A stretch of DNA of 64,000 nt from a virus (IMGVR_UViG_3300014208_000023:96001-160000); one strand, 5' to 3'. Counted from the first letter of the stretch, positions 9,249 to 19,342 are shown. The notes: generated by a model not told the origin, from the letters alone. Program-made: numbers and translations.

Positions 9249-9838
9249 TTTTTACCAGTAAAAACTTCTATTTGTTTAAGAAGAACATCTTTAGTCATTA
9301 TGGTATCAGCATCAGCCCTGTGAGACTTTAGTTTTTTAACTCCATATTTCTCAACTAAACTTCCTAGATTGTAATACTCATTTCTTTTGCCTTGAATTAA
9401 ATTAATGAATATCTCTATCTGACGAGTATCAAGAACGAATGGCCTATTTCCAAATGGAAAAGTTTCCTTTGCACCATTGGACTCCCATAGAACACGAATA
9501 AAGTCTTCGTCAAAACCTATGTTCTGGCCGCACAATACTTTTTCTTCTGGGCTAGCTCCATCTTCTAGCATCCAGTTTTCTATGCTTACTAGAACGTCTT
9601 TTGGTTCCTGATAAGACGCGCGGCCTTCAGCCGTCTTATGAGAGATGTCCTCAAGCTTGTGCCCATTTATACGAAGAGCATCTGGCTGAGCGGATTCTGG
9701 CCTAGGCGACTTAAGCAACCAGGTTTTCTGGCGATCTTGATTAAGGTGATATAAAGAAAGCTCGACTATATCGTGCTTAAGATAATCTAGCCCAGTAGTC
9801 TCGGTGTCTGCTACGTAAATCTGAAACGGGTAATCCAT
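9245..9838 (-). CDS. DEDDh 3'-5' exonuclease (DnaQ-like)
   Basis: ADTETTG, GQNIGFD, HRADAD. Confidence 0.9.
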   Translation of the reverse strand: MDYPFQIYVADTETTGLDYLKHDIVELSLYHLNQDRQKTWLLKSPRPESAQPDALRINGHKLEDISHKTAEGRASYQEPKDVLVSIENWMLEDGASPEEKVLCGQNIGFDEDFIRVLWESNGAKETFPFGNRPFVLDTRQIEIFINLIQGKRNEYYNLGSLVEKYGVKKLKSHRADADTIMTKDVLLKQIEVFTGKK

Positions 9839-9859
9839 GTAAAATCCTTTCTTACATGT

Positions 9860-10315
9860 TTATCTTGTGCTAGATTTGCCTTTTCCCGACAACTGAATTA
9901 ATTTCGCCTTAATTTCTTTCTTCAAACCGTTTATGGTTAAGTCTCCAGCTTTGCTTTGCGCCAATAAGAATTGAGCCCCCTCTACTGAATGTAGAAACTC
10001 CCTTTCCTTTTTAGAGATTTTTGTTCCATCAAGAGTAAATACGTTTTTGCTGTTTTCAAAAACTCGCCATTTTTCAGTCTTGTTGGGAGAGCGAACACAT
10101 CTAACTCTAATGAGTGGAGTAACTACAGCGTCCTCCTCTTTGTATAAATCAAAAGCATACTTTGAGGCTACCGGGTTAGCTTTGAACTCTCTCTCTTCTC
10201 CAAAAGAGAAGTTCTCTCCAGATGTATATCCTATATAGCTCCTATCATTTGGAACCTCTGGCAATATAATTGGCTCATCTTTAATGATTTTTTTGACTAA
10301 TTTTGGCTTCTTCAT
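9860..10315 (-). CDS. Hypothetical basic protein
   Basis: 151-aa ORF. Confidence 0.7.
   Translation of the reverse strand: MKKPKLVKKIIKDEPIILPEVPNDRSYIGYTSGENFSFGEEREFKANPVASKYAFDLYKEEDAVVTPLIRVRCVRSPNKTEKWRVFENSKNVFTLDGTKISKKEREFLHSVEGAQFLLAQSKAGDLTINGLKKEIKAKLIQLSGKGKSSTR
9883..9894 (-). promoter_or_regulatory. One-mismatch copy of the recurring motif (AGTTGTCGGGAA)
   Basis: Sense orientation, 44 nt upstream of the exonuclease ATG; lies inside the 3' end of the upstream CDS. Confidence 0.4.
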
Positions 10316-10325
10316 TTAATCCCTA

Positions 10326-11537
10326 TTATTTGCAAAGATTTTCGCCGGCAATGATTCCGGAAGTAATTGCCCCTAGTATCCCAGGAACTCTAGCGCTTTC
10401 ACCAGCTACATATAACCCATCTAATTCGCTTGAGAAGTTAGTTCCCAATTTAATTTTTGAAGCCATCGGCATCATTGTTGGAAAATGGAAATATCCTTTA
10501 GTAGCTATCTCTGGTATAAAGTTAGAAATTTCTGATACGCTATCCCTTAACCAATCATACTCGTGCATAATGGATAATTTACTTTTTTTAGATAGTAACG
10601 TTGAGATTTTTTCTTTAGCAACTCTATCATTGGTAAGAATAAATGTTAGCTGACCTATTCTGCTGGCCTGCTCAACTCCAAGATTTTTAAACAATCTTTT
10701 GCCAAGAAGATTAAATGAAACTTTATTAGAGTGCCATCTATTTTCGTTTCCTCTAAAAGCGGAGATTACCATATCAAAATGATCTTCTGGTATAACAGTT
10801 CCGTTCCACGATAGAGGACCAATACTTAAATCATCACGTGATATTGAGCAGTTTGAATGATTAAAGTCTCTCATTACGGTATCAGTAGTCTCTACTCTTA
10901 TGCCGATATCAGCATAATCATTATCCTCTACAAGTCCAAGTCCTTGAAATAGTTCTGATACCCATCTCCAACCAGACCTTCCAACCGCCACAAGAACGCG
11001 CTTGCACTTGTATTGCTCCGTCTCTGTAGTTATTACGAAGTGCCCTTTTTCTTTTACTACCTTCTGAACTTCTACATCAAATACTGATGTAATATTTTCT
11101 TTTTCCTCAATCTGATCCGATATGAATTTTGAAAGATTATGTATCTCTTGCGGAAAAAGCTGAATGTGGTTATTCAGCTTTACTTTGAATCCAGCTTTCT
11201 TAATTCTTTTTTCAGTATTAATGGATGGAGATTTGTCCTTAATAACGGAAAAATTCAAAACCTCTTCAGTAGAGCTTTTGAACCAGTTGAATGCATTCGC
11301 AGTTTTTATTTTAGTTGTGACTTCAGCAACGTCCAGCATATCATTTAGATAAAGCTTACCATCGCTATTAGGTAATAATCCTATAAACCCTTGCATCTGG
11401 GTTCGGCGCTTACGCGATGGCCTGCCAGCTTCTATAATTAGTGTTTTAAGTCCTTTGTGACTGTGAGCAATTTTGAGGGCCGCGAACGCACCGGCAACCC
11501 CGGCTCCAACAATGCCGATGTCGTAAATTTGTGTCAT
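10326..11537 (-). CDS. NAD(P)/FAD-dependent oxidoreductase
   Basis: GIVGAGVAG Rossmann motif, VAVGRSG, and C-terminal GLYVAGES...GI..A..SG. Confidence 0.85.
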   Translation of the reverse strand: MTQIYDIGIVGAGVAGAFAALKIAHSHKGLKTLIIEAGRPSRKRRTQMQGFIGLLPNSDGKLYLNDMLDVAEVTTKIKTANAFNWFKSSTEEVLNFSVIKDKSPSINTEKRIKKAGFKVKLNNHIQLFPQEIHNLSKFISDQIEEKENITSVFDVEVQKVVKEKGHFVITTETEQYKCKRVLVAVGRSGWRWVSELFQGLGLVEDNDYADIGIRVETTDTVMRDFNHSNCSISRDDLSIGPLSWNGTVIPEDHFDMVISAFRGNENRWHSNKVSFNLLGKRLFKNLGVEQASRIGQLTFILTNDRVAKEKISTLLSKKSKLSIMHEYDWLRDSVSEISNFIPEIATKGYFHFPTMMPMASKIKLGTNFSSELDGLYVAGESARVPGILGAITSGIIAGENLCK

Positions 11538-11554
11538 TACCGACTAATATATCA

Positions 11555-12229
11555 CTACTCAAGAATATTATCTATTATTTCATATAGGTTGCTGTCTGAA
11601 TCCGGCCTACCACCAGCTTTGATTTCACCAAGCGAATTATTGAAATGATCTTTGATTCCTGGGAACGGCCACATATAGTAGTATGATGAATCTAAAAAGT
11701 TATCAATAAAAACATCTCTATGCTTCTCAAGGTCTATATGGAAATTAGATGTATTATTAAGTCGATTCATAACATATAGAGACATCGTATATGCTCTTCG
11801 CTCTTCTCTCATTCTAAAATAGGCAGGAATTGGAAGTAGAAATAATAAGAAGGCTAGCGCTATATACCAGTGAAATAGAAAAAATGCTGGTATTGCTAGA
11901 AGGGCTAGTACTTGTGGAAATAGATATAGAAGCTTGAAAAGAATTCCGTTTTTACTATTCTCATAAATATGAGCGACTTCATGCATAAAAATTATAGTAA
12001 AACTGACGGGGCTTGTTTTTAGTTTTGCAGCTGATGGCAAATAAACAGTCGATCCAAAAGTTGTGGTAAAATTCATAAAATCACCGTTAAAAAACACAAC
12101 TTTATCTATTACCTTCATTAAAAGGGATTCATCCTTAAATTTGATTGTTATTCCAGGGAAGTGCTGTTGGGCACGCGAGACGACATTGGTAAACATACCC
12201 ATAGGATCTCCTGTAGTAATGGTTTGCAT
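11555..12229 (-). CDS. Membrane protein with HEXXH zinc-metallopeptidase motif
   Basis: FMHEVAH followed by two hydrophobic helices and E.RAY. Confidence 0.6.
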   Translation of the reverse strand: MQTITTGDPMGMFTNVVSRAQQHFPGITIKFKDESLLMKVIDKVVFFNGDFMNFTTTFGSTVYLPSAAKLKTSPVSFTIIFMHEVAHIYENSKNGILFKLLYLFPQVLALLAIPAFFLFHWYIALAFLLFLLPIPAYFRMREERRAYTMSLYVMNRLNNTSNFHIDLEKHRDVFIDNFLDSSYYYMWPFPGIKDHFNNSLGEIKAGGRPDSDSNLYEIIDNILE

Positions 12230-12258
12230 TATACAGATGCGGGATATTTAATAGAACA

Positions 12259-12423
12259 TCATAAATTCAATATAAGTTTATCGAATTCTTCTCTAGATAG
12301 CTCTACCGTATTTACCACCATGGAAAGGGGATCATCTTGACTAGCGGCACCAATACTTATAATTACCTTGTCTTCTTTAGACTCCGCGGCTACATAGCTT
12401 TTGTCTTGAAAATCTACTCTCAT
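12259..12423 (-). CDS. Hypothetical protein (54 aa, not in ORF track)
   Basis: MRVDFQDKSYVAAESKEDKVIISIGAAS...; overlaps the upstream stop. Confidence 0.65.
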   Translation of the reverse strand: MRVDFQDKSYVAAESKEDKVIISIGAASQDDPLSMVVNTVELSREEFDKLILNL

Positions 12424-12743
12424 TTAACAGGTTCCCATTTATTTCCATCTTTCAGGCATAAAAGTTCAAACTTAATTAGTTGAGATCCTTCATATGTAGC
12501 GCATATACGATATTTATCGTTATCTTCAATAAGACCATTTAAAACACCAATAAATCCTGCCACGGACTTGCCGTCTTGTTCTGTATAAACAAAATTTGAA
12601 TCAGCATACTTATCATTTACCGGAAATCTTGTATCAATAATTTTTTGAGTAAATGATGGATCTATTTCGAGAAGATAGTTTAATTTGAAAACCATATCTA
12701 TATTATTCTGATAAGCTAATGCTTCCCAATCTATAAATGCCAT
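12420..12743 (-). CDS. Hypothetical protein
   Basis: AAGGAG SD before ATG at 12743 (MAFIDWE). Confidence 0.7.
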   Translation of the reverse strand: MAFIDWEALAYQNNIDMVFKLNYLLEIDPSFTQKIIDTRFPVNDKYADSNFVYTEQDGKSVAGFIGVLNGLIEDNDKYRICATYEGSQLIKFELLCLKDGNKWEPVK

Positions 12744-12744
12744 A

Positions 12745-13587
12745 TCACTCCTTTTTATTAAAGAAAATTCTATTTGAGATTTTATGCTCATCATCTCTCC
12801 AAGTTAAAATTTCTATGCCATCATTCAAAACTAATATGCTATGTTCGAAATGAGCTGATAATCCGTCACTTAATACCGTCCATTTGTCGTCTGCGGTTCT
12901 AGTATTAGTTGATGAGTTACCAAAAACTAGAAGTGGCTCTATTGCTATTACCATTCCTGCCCTAAACCTTGGGCCAGTGTTTGGCTCTGCTTTGTTTAAA
13001 ACTACTGGGTCTGAATGAACCTGGTCTAAACTTATTCCATGACCGGTATAAGTTTCAATTACCTTATATCCCTTACCTTTGGCGCACCTAAAAATAGCAT
13101 TGCCAACCGCTCCAACCCTACCATTTAGGGATATGGCTTTTATGCCTGAATATAAAGATTCTTGTGTTGCCTCCACAAGCTCTTTGCTTGCCGATGTTTT
13201 AGGTTCTCCAAAAATACAAGTCATAGCCGAATCCGTTATGGATCGCCTGTAATTACATCCAGTGTCAAACGTAACTATATCGCCCTCTTGTAGGATATAA
13301 TCGCTCGGAATACCATGCACAAGCTGGTGATTAACGGAAATGCATACGCTCGCCGGGAATCCGTGATATCCTTTAAATACCGGTATAGTATTTTTAGACA
13401 AAAAGAACTCTTCGGCAGCGGCATCTAATTCCACTAGGCTTTTGGTTGTTTTATCGGCAACCATTTTGCCAAGCATAGATAAGCACTCGGACGTTATCTT
13501 TCCAGAATAACGGTAATTATCAAAATCAGATTCGTCTTGAATTTTTACAAAGCCGAGAGATGTTGAATGATTATTTGGCCATTTCAT
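12745..13587 (-). CDS. map: Methionine aminopeptidase, type I
   Basis: CISVN..VHGIP, DTG, DSAMT, GHGI, IEP, HFEHS: all five metal ligands present. Confidence 0.93.
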   Translation of the reverse strand: MKWPNNHSTSLGFVKIQDESDFDNYRYSGKITSECLSMLGKMVADKTTKSLVELDAAAEEFFLSKNTIPVFKGYHGFPASVCISVNHQLVHGIPSDYILQEGDIVTFDTGCNYRRSITDSAMTCIFGEPKTSASKELVEATQESLYSGIKAISLNGRVGAVGNAIFRCAKGKGYKVIETYTGHGISLDQVHSDPVVLNKAEPNTGPRFRAGMVIAIEPLLVFGNSSTNTRTADDKWTVLSDGLSAHFEHSILVLNDGIEILTWRDDEHKISNRIFFNKKE

Positions 13588-13891
13588 TTGACTTAGCTTT
13601 GCTCTTTGCTTTTGATTTGCTAGACATAGCGGCTAATGCGGATAGCTTATCTAGCTCATCTACTGTCTTGACTTCCATAGTAGAATAAATTGGTGTTCCA
13701 ATATTTTGAGCGTCAGCCACAATTTTTTCAACATCTAACTCTAGAGCCATATTAAGAATCTGTTTATTTAGAACGACTATTTTTTTAGATATGGCGTTTG
13801 ATTTTTCAGAAGTCATCTGAACAGATAAATCATTGATTGATAAGTTTAAAAAATTACGTATATTTATTAGCGAATTAAGTTCTTCTAGCAT
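13571..13891 (-). CDS. Hypothetical protein
   Basis: 106-aa ORF. Confidence 0.65.
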   Translation of the reverse strand: MLEELNSLINIRNFLNLSINDLSVQMTSEKSNAISKKIVVLNKQILNMALELDVEKIVADAQNIGTPIYSTMEVKTVDELDKLSALAAMSSKSKAKSKAKSNEMAK

Positions 13892-13899
13892 TTTCTTCC

Positions 13900-14196
13900 T
13901 TATTGTGTTCTTTTAATGGTTCCATCTTCAGTAATGATGTCGCCTTCTTTTAGCTTATATTTCATAGCCAGTTGAAATATAATATTGTTGTATGATAGCT
14001 CGGCATTCTCGCTTTGAGAAAGAGCATTCTTAACTCTTTCAAGAGCTAACTCTCTCTTGAGTTTAGTGTTATCTATTAGGCCCTTATCTAATTCTGATAA
14101 GAATTCTGGCAAAACTTCTGGCTTCTGCGAATTATCAATAGAAGCTTCTGGCGCCAGCTCTTCTTTTCTAGGAGGCATCTTTCGTTTTTCTTTCAT
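13900..14196 (-). CDS. Hypothetical protein
   Basis: 98-aa ORF with AAGGA SD. Confidence 0.7.
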   Translation of the reverse strand: MKEKRKMPPRKEELAPEASIDNSQKPEVLPEFLSELDKGLIDNTKLKRELALERVKNALSQSENAELSYNNIIFQLAMKYKLKEGDIITEDGTIKRTQ

Positions 14197-14211
14197 CGTT
14201 TCCTTTATTGC

Positions 14212-14249
14212 GGCAGGACATATCCCTGCAAACGGAGATATATCCTGCC
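14212..14249 (-). other. 13-bp stem-loop downstream of phoH
   Basis: On the minus strand GGCAGGATATATC pairs with GATATGTCCTGCC (one G-U); no U-tract follows. Confidence 0.6.
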
Positions 14250-14261
14250 CGACAATATTGA

Positions 14262-15596
14262 TTAAAGAAGTTCTGCGGCTTCAGTTGCTAGCAAGCTTCT
14301 TTCGCCTTTGCTTAGCGTAATGTGACCAGATAGGTGTGATTTTTGAAACTTATCAATTAGATATGATAATCCGTTTGAAGTGGCATCCAGATGAGGATTA
14401 TCTATCTGCGAAGGATCTCCGGTTAAAACAATTTTTGATCCCTGACCAACTCTAGTAATTATTGTTTTAACCTCTTCTTTTGAAAGATTCTGAACCTCAT
14501 CAATAAGTATAAATGAATTGGCAATGCTTCTTCCACGTATATAAGATAGAGCCTCTTTAGTTATAGTTCCATTATCAATATACTGATGAAGCTTCTCTCT
14601 CCACGAGTCTTTGCCTTTACCCTTACCACTTGCGCTTTCAGAGAGCAAGAACTGGAATCCGTCATCTATTGACGCATAGTGTGGCGAAAGTTTATCATCC
14701 ATACTTCCTGGTAGATATCCAATGTCATTTCCCATTGACTCGGTAGGGCGATAGATAGCAAATGTTCCATATTTTCTAGCATTAAGAACTAGTTCTAATC
14801 CGCAAGCCAATGCACAAAGAGATTTTCCTCCTCCTGCTGGTCCAACTATACTTACTAGTGGAAGCTTTGGATCTAGAATCATATCTATTGCTAGTTGCTG
14901 CTCTGGGTTCTTCGCCATTAATCCCCAAGGATCTTTATCGCGAATTATTTTTACAAGGTTTTTTGTTTTTCTTCCAAGAGCAATAACTCTGCCATCATCT
15001 GCGGTTATGATTATGCATTCATTTGGATAAAGCTCGCCAACAATTGGAAATTCAGTTGCCATCAAATCACCGTTAGTGATAAGCGCGGCCCCCATTTCCT
15101 CGTCGTTAATTCTCTGAACGCCTGGGTAAAGATCCAAATCAGGGGCGCGATCATGATTGTAGTCTTCAGCTGAAATGCCGTTGGCTCTTGCTCTAATTCT
15201 GAGGTTTATATCTCGCGATATTAGAGTGACATGACCATCAACTGGCGCTGCCATTTGATGTTTTTTAGCGCAAGCCAAAATTTGATTGTCGCCATATGAT
15301 GGATCGGATCCCATTTTGAATTCAGACCCATCAGTGTCTATTCTAATTAGACAATCATTTTCAATTTCAATACCTAAATGTATCTCTCCAGTATTAGAGA
15401 TCTCATCTAAATATCTAGTAGCAACTCTAGCATTTTTGCCGCTCTCGTTTGGATTCTTCTTAACCTTATCAAGCTCCTCTAGAACTATAATTGGAATAAT
15501 TAATTCGCAATTAGTAAAAGCTCTAAAAGCAGTAGCATCATATACCAACACGCTTGTATCAAGAACGAAAATCTTACGATTTTTTTTATTTTTCAT
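14262..15596 (-). CDS. phoH: PIN-domain + PhoH ATPase (PhoH2/YlaK type)
   Basis: FVLDTSVL PIN motif, SRD.NLR, GPAGGGKS, RGRS...IDEVQN, GDP.QID. Confidence 0.93.
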   Translation of the reverse strand: MKNKKNRKIFVLDTSVLVYDATAFRAFTNCELIIPIIVLEELDKVKKNPNESGKNARVATRYLDEISNTGEIHLGIEIENDCLIRIDTDGSEFKMGSDPSYGDNQILACAKKHQMAAPVDGHVTLISRDINLRIRARANGISAEDYNHDRAPDLDLYPGVQRINDEEMGAALITNGDLMATEFPIVGELYPNECIIITADDGRVIALGRKTKNLVKIIRDKDPWGLMAKNPEQQLAIDMILDPKLPLVSIVGPAGGGKSLCALACGLELVLNARKYGTFAIYRPTESMGNDIGYLPGSMDDKLSPHYASIDDGFQFLLSESASGKGKGKDSWREKLHQYIDNGTITKEALSYIRGRSIANSFILIDEVQNLSKEEVKTIITRVGQGSKIVLTGDPSQIDNPHLDATSNGLSYLIDKFQKSHLSGHITLSKGERSLLATEAAELL

Positions 15597-15648
15597 TATC
15601 AAAGGTCCCTATAGAAAGAGAGTAAAAAATTGAGTGGCAAAACTAAAA

Positions 15649-16035
15649 TTACTGCTGCATTTCGCTCCCGTCTTCTTTTTCAAAATCTTCAAAAACAGTC
15701 CAAAAATTAACTATCATTTCAAGATATAGCCTATCTTGAGGATCCTTTTGTGAAAGGTCTTGTTTTAATTTATAAGTGGATTTATACCATTCAGCTATTA
15801 GGTCATCTCCTACGCTTATTTTTAAGCCGCCATCCATGTCGTTAATTACGTGGATATTAAACTCTTTGAATGATTGTCGAAGTTTTTGGTGCATTTCAAT
15901 AGTAAGAGGCTCATCGGGGTCATACTCAATTGGGACCTCAAGAGCCTCTAAAACTGATTTGATAAAGCGTGACTGTTCCTGCCATTCAATGGCTTTCGTA
16001 TCTTCAGAACGGCTTAACAGGATCGAATATTGCAC
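15649..16035 (-). CDS. Hypothetical protein
   Basis: 128-aa ORF. Confidence 0.7.
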   Translation of the reverse strand: MQYSILLSRSEDTKAIEWQEQSRFIKSVLEALEVPIEYDPDEPLTIEMHQKLRQSFKEFNIHVINDMDGGLKISVGDDLIAEWYKSTYKLKQDLSQKDPQDRLYLEMIVNFWTVFEDFEKEDGSEMQQ

Positions 16036-16106
16036 TTGACTACAAACTAATGCGGAAAAATTAGTCAGGTCAATCTAGAGCAATATTCTATATAATTATA
16101 CCGATA

Positions 16107-18584
16107 TTAACACTTGGAATATCCACACACGCAACTAACACAGCCACTCTGATACACGAGTCCGTCAGACTTCTTGCAATCTGGACAAACTTTCTCGCTA
16201 GTCGGAATGGTTCCATCTGAAATATAGTGCTTCAATACCCTAGCCATTACTTTTGAAAAAGATGTAATATCAGAATATTTATCTTTTTGTAATTGCTCGA
16301 CGATAAACTGGATTGGAACACCATGTCTTAATGATAAGGATATTGTTCTACTGAAAGCGCCGTAGATTGGATTTTCAAATATATTGGCAATATCTTTTAT
16401 TATCATCTTATCATCGCCATCACCTACTTCTAAATTATAGATGCTAGAACTATTTTGTTTTTCTTTCTTAATGATCTTTCCAATTTTATATTTATTTGGA
16501 ATATCAATATATCTTGATAGGCCTCCGAATATCTCGTAAGGCATTCCTTTATGAATGCCAACAAATATTGTCCATTGTTCTCCGCTAATTTTTACCTTAT
16601 TTATTTCGCAAGAAAGTTCTTCTGGTCGCTTTGGTGATTGAGAGCTAGTTATGATTGCTGGTCTTCCAGAATAATCCGTCTTATCATCACCACTAATTAG
16701 AACTCCAGATCTGCAGCCGTCCCTATAGACGGTGAATCCTTTGCATCCGTTTTCCCAGGCGCTCATATAGACCTTATCCACTAACTCCTTGGATGCGGTA
16801 GATGGAAGATTGCACGTTTTGCTTATTGCGTGACAAGTCCATTTTTGAGCTACTGCTTGTAGATTGACTGACGCTTCCCAATTGATCTCGTTTGAGGTGG
16901 CGCCGTCATATGGTGATTTAGAGATATCAGTCTCTCCAGTTGCATCCATCCATCTTTTTACTCCATGGTGATAAACCTGAAACTCTTGCCACTTATCTCC
17001 TAATGCATCAGTAAAATCTACTTTTGCATTCTTGTCTGATGGGTTTATTTTTTTTCTTCTTTTGTATGAAAGAAGATAGGCCGGCTCAATACCAGAAGTG
17101 GTTTGAGTTTGGGTAGATACGGAACCAGCGGGAGCCGTTGTTGTTAGGGCAATATTTCTGCGGCCATTTTTTTTGTATAGCTCATATATTTCCTTGTCTT
17201 CTTTCCAAATCTGCTCAAGGAATGGGTGGCCTTTTTCTTTCTTAAAATCGAAGACTGGGAATGTTCCGCGTTCGCCAGCTAATACGCAAGTAGAGCGATA
17301 GCATGCAAGCGAAAGTGTTTTATACATCTCTTCGGTAATTTCTATTGATCTCTTTGATCCATATACAACACCTAGCGAAGCAATGGCGTCACCTAGACCA
17401 GTTACTCCAGTTCCGGTCCTTCTTCCATTTAAGCAGGCTTGACGTATATTCTTCCAAAGAGAAAGCTGAACTACCTTAATGTTTTCTGGGTCGGGGTCTT
17501 TAGTTACTTTATCAATTATTCTATCAATTGATTCAATTTCAAGATCAATCATATCATCCATAAGGCGCTGTGCTTTTTGGGCATGATCAAAAAATAGATC
17601 TCTATCGAATGCCGCGTTCTTTGTAAATGGCTCTTTAATATAAGAGTTTAGATTTAGAAGAAGTAGTCGGCAACTATCATAAGCAGATAGTATTAGCTCT
17701 GCACAAGGATTTACGCATATAGAATTGAAGCCAACGTCAGAATAGATATCGGCTGGGCTTCTGTTTAAAGTAGTGTCCCAAAATAGAATTCCAGGCTCGG
17801 CAGTTGAGTGAGCGGCATCTATAATCTGCTTCCAAATGCTTCTTGCGCTAACCTGTTTTGTTATGGTTGGGTTCTTGGCATCTACTGGCCAACGAAGCTG
17901 ATAGTCTTTGTTTTCTTTAACCGCCTTCATAAACTCATCAGATAGCTGTAGTGATATATTTGCTCCAGTTACTTTAGTTAAGTTTTTCTTTATGTTAATG
18001 AATGCTTCAACTTCGGGATGATGAACGCTACAAGTAATCATAAGCGCGCCACGGCGGCCATTCTGGCCGACCTCCCTAATCGTGTTAGAATAGCGCTCCA
18101 TAAAAACGCCTATTCCATCAGTAGTTTTGGCAGCATTAGCTGTACGAACGCCTTTTGGCCGTAACGTAGAAATATTAATTCCTACTCCGCCTCTGCGTTT
18201 CGAGATTTGAGCTAGCTCTTCATCGGCCTTAAATATTCCGGAATAAGAATCATATGGGCTTTCTACGACGAAACAATTTGAAAGTGATTGTATCTGATAC
18301 GGATTACCTATTGCGCTCATAGGGCTGCCTTGGGGTACTATGTATTTATAGTTATCAAACAAACCAAATATCTCATCTTCACTTAATGGGTTTGGATAAT
18401 TACTTTCTATCCTAGCAAATTCTTTTGCTAATCTCTTATGCATATTTTTAGGAGTTAATTCCAGATACTCTCCGTGCTGATTTTGCAACGCATATTTATC
18501 TACGAATACCTTTGCAGCCAAGTCATCGCCGTTAAAATAATTTGTGGATGCAGATAATACTTCTTCATAGGCAAACTTTTTCAT
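16107..18584 (-). CDS. nrdJ: Class II (adenosylcobalamin-dependent) ribonucleotide reductase
   Basis: SNCFV, RRGGVG, RRGA, NPCAE, RRTGTGVTG, APAGS, SGIEP, ISKTCN, KGFTVYRDG, C-terminal CxxC..C.C..SKC; no beta subunit nearby. Confidence 0.92.
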   Translation of the reverse strand: MKKFAYEEVLSASTNYFNGDDLAAKVFVDKYALQNQHGEYLELTPKNMHKRLAKEFARIESNYPNPLSEDEIFGLFDNYKYIVPQGSPMSAIGNPYQIQSLSNCFVVESPYDSYSGIFKADEELAQISKRRGGVGINISTLRPKGVRTANAAKTTDGIGVFMERYSNTIREVGQNGRRGALMITCSVHHPEVEAFINIKKNLTKVTGANISLQLSDEFMKAVKENKDYQLRWPVDAKNPTITKQVSARSIWKQIIDAAHSTAEPGILFWDTTLNRSPADIYSDVGFNSICVNPCAELILSAYDSCRLLLLNLNSYIKEPFTKNAAFDRDLFFDHAQKAQRLMDDMIDLEIESIDRIIDKVTKDPDPENIKVVQLSLWKNIRQACLNGRRTGTGVTGLGDAIASLGVVYGSKRSIEITEEMYKTLSLACYRSTCVLAGERGTFPVFDFKKEKGHPFLEQIWKEDKEIYELYKKNGRRNIALTTTAPAGSVSTQTQTTSGIEPAYLLSYKRRKKINPSDKNAKVDFTDALGDKWQEFQVYHHGVKRWMDATGETDISKSPYDGATSNEINWEASVNLQAVAQKWTCHAISKTCNLPSTASKELVDKVYMSAWENGCKGFTVYRDGCRSGVLISGDDKTDYSGRPAIITSSQSPKRPEELSCEINKVKISGEQWTIFVGIHKGMPYEIFGGLSRYIDIPNKYKIGKIIKKEKQNSSSIYNLEVGDGDDKMIIKDIANIFENPIYGAFSRTISLSLRHGVPIQFIVEQLQKDKYSDITSFSKVMARVLKHYISDGTIPTSEKVCPDCKKSDGLVYQSGCVSCVCGYSKC

Positions 18585-18626
18585 ACACAATCTCCGTTCA
18601 TAATTAAAATAAATTCTAGTGTATTA

Positions 18627-19274
18627 TCACACTTCAATTTTGCTACGAAGAATATCAAGAGCCCCATTAAGAGTCTTGATGCAATTCGCGCGACTAATCT
18701 TTTTCTTTTCACACACTTTGGTAATAGATAGCGGCTTGTCACCATCGAACCCATATACTAAATTAACTAACTCTCTCTGATCATTAGAGAGAGTACCCAA
18801 TGCCTCTTGCACTGCAATATTTAATTCAGACTGTTCACAGGCTTTTTCAGGCGAATGTTTTGAATCCAAAAGAACCGGGAATACGCTTTCTTTGTGCGGC
18901 TTTGTTTTCTTCGCTATGTGCATAGGGTAGCGAATAACGGTATGATTGTTTGCGCTACGAACAAGTCTTGTATTTACGAATAGTCCGGCCCAAAAGAAAA
19001 AGCTTCCTTTGTTATTCTTGAATGTTTTCATTGCCTTAAGAAGAGCTTCAAGGCCCTCCTGATTAAGGTCTTCATAATTGGCAAATTTTCTATATTTGCC
19101 AGTCTTCATCTGAACGAAATACTTGAGCGTATCTAGGCACTCGGATTCGTATTGATGGTATGCTATTTTGTCACTTTCGGATTTCGATTTAGCGTAAGCC
19201 TTACGTAGCTCCGATAGCTGTTTCATCATCTTTCTGGCGGTCTCTTCCGTAATCATTGTTTTCCTAAAATTCAT
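18627..19274 (-). CDS. RNA polymerase sigma-70 family factor
   Basis: EDLNQEGLEALLKAMKTF (region 2) and L..LS..QRELV...YG...K.LSIT.V (region 4 HTH). Confidence 0.88.
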   Translation of the reverse strand: MNFRKTMITEETARKMMKQLSELRKAYAKSKSESDKIAYHQYESECLDTLKYFVQMKTGKYRKFANYEDLNQEGLEALLKAMKTFKNNKGSFFFWAGLFVNTRLVRSANNHTVIRYPMHIAKKTKPHKESVFPVLLDSKHSPEKACEQSELNIAVQEALGTLSNDQRELVNLVYGFDGDKPLSITKVCEKKKISRANCIKTLNGALDILRSKIEV

Positions 19275-19342
19275 GGTAGCGCGTCCTCGATCTTTCTTAT
19301 CGGGTTAAATTAAGTTCTCGACAACTCAATTCACGCGCTACC
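19275..19342 (-). promoter_or_regulatory. RBS-sequestering inverted repeat enclosing the AGTTGTCGAGAACT-N-TAAGAAA motif
   Basis: Perfect 10-bp IR GGTAGCGCGT/ACGCGCTACC (19333-19342 / 19275-19284) abuts the sigma ATG; motif at 19313-19326. Confidence 0.7.

Noticed and set aside
16036-16075. Imperfect hairpin (TTGAC...ACTAAT/ATTAGT...GTCAA) downstream of nrdJ
   Set aside because: Short, AT-rich, bulged and without a U-tract; not distinguishable from chance
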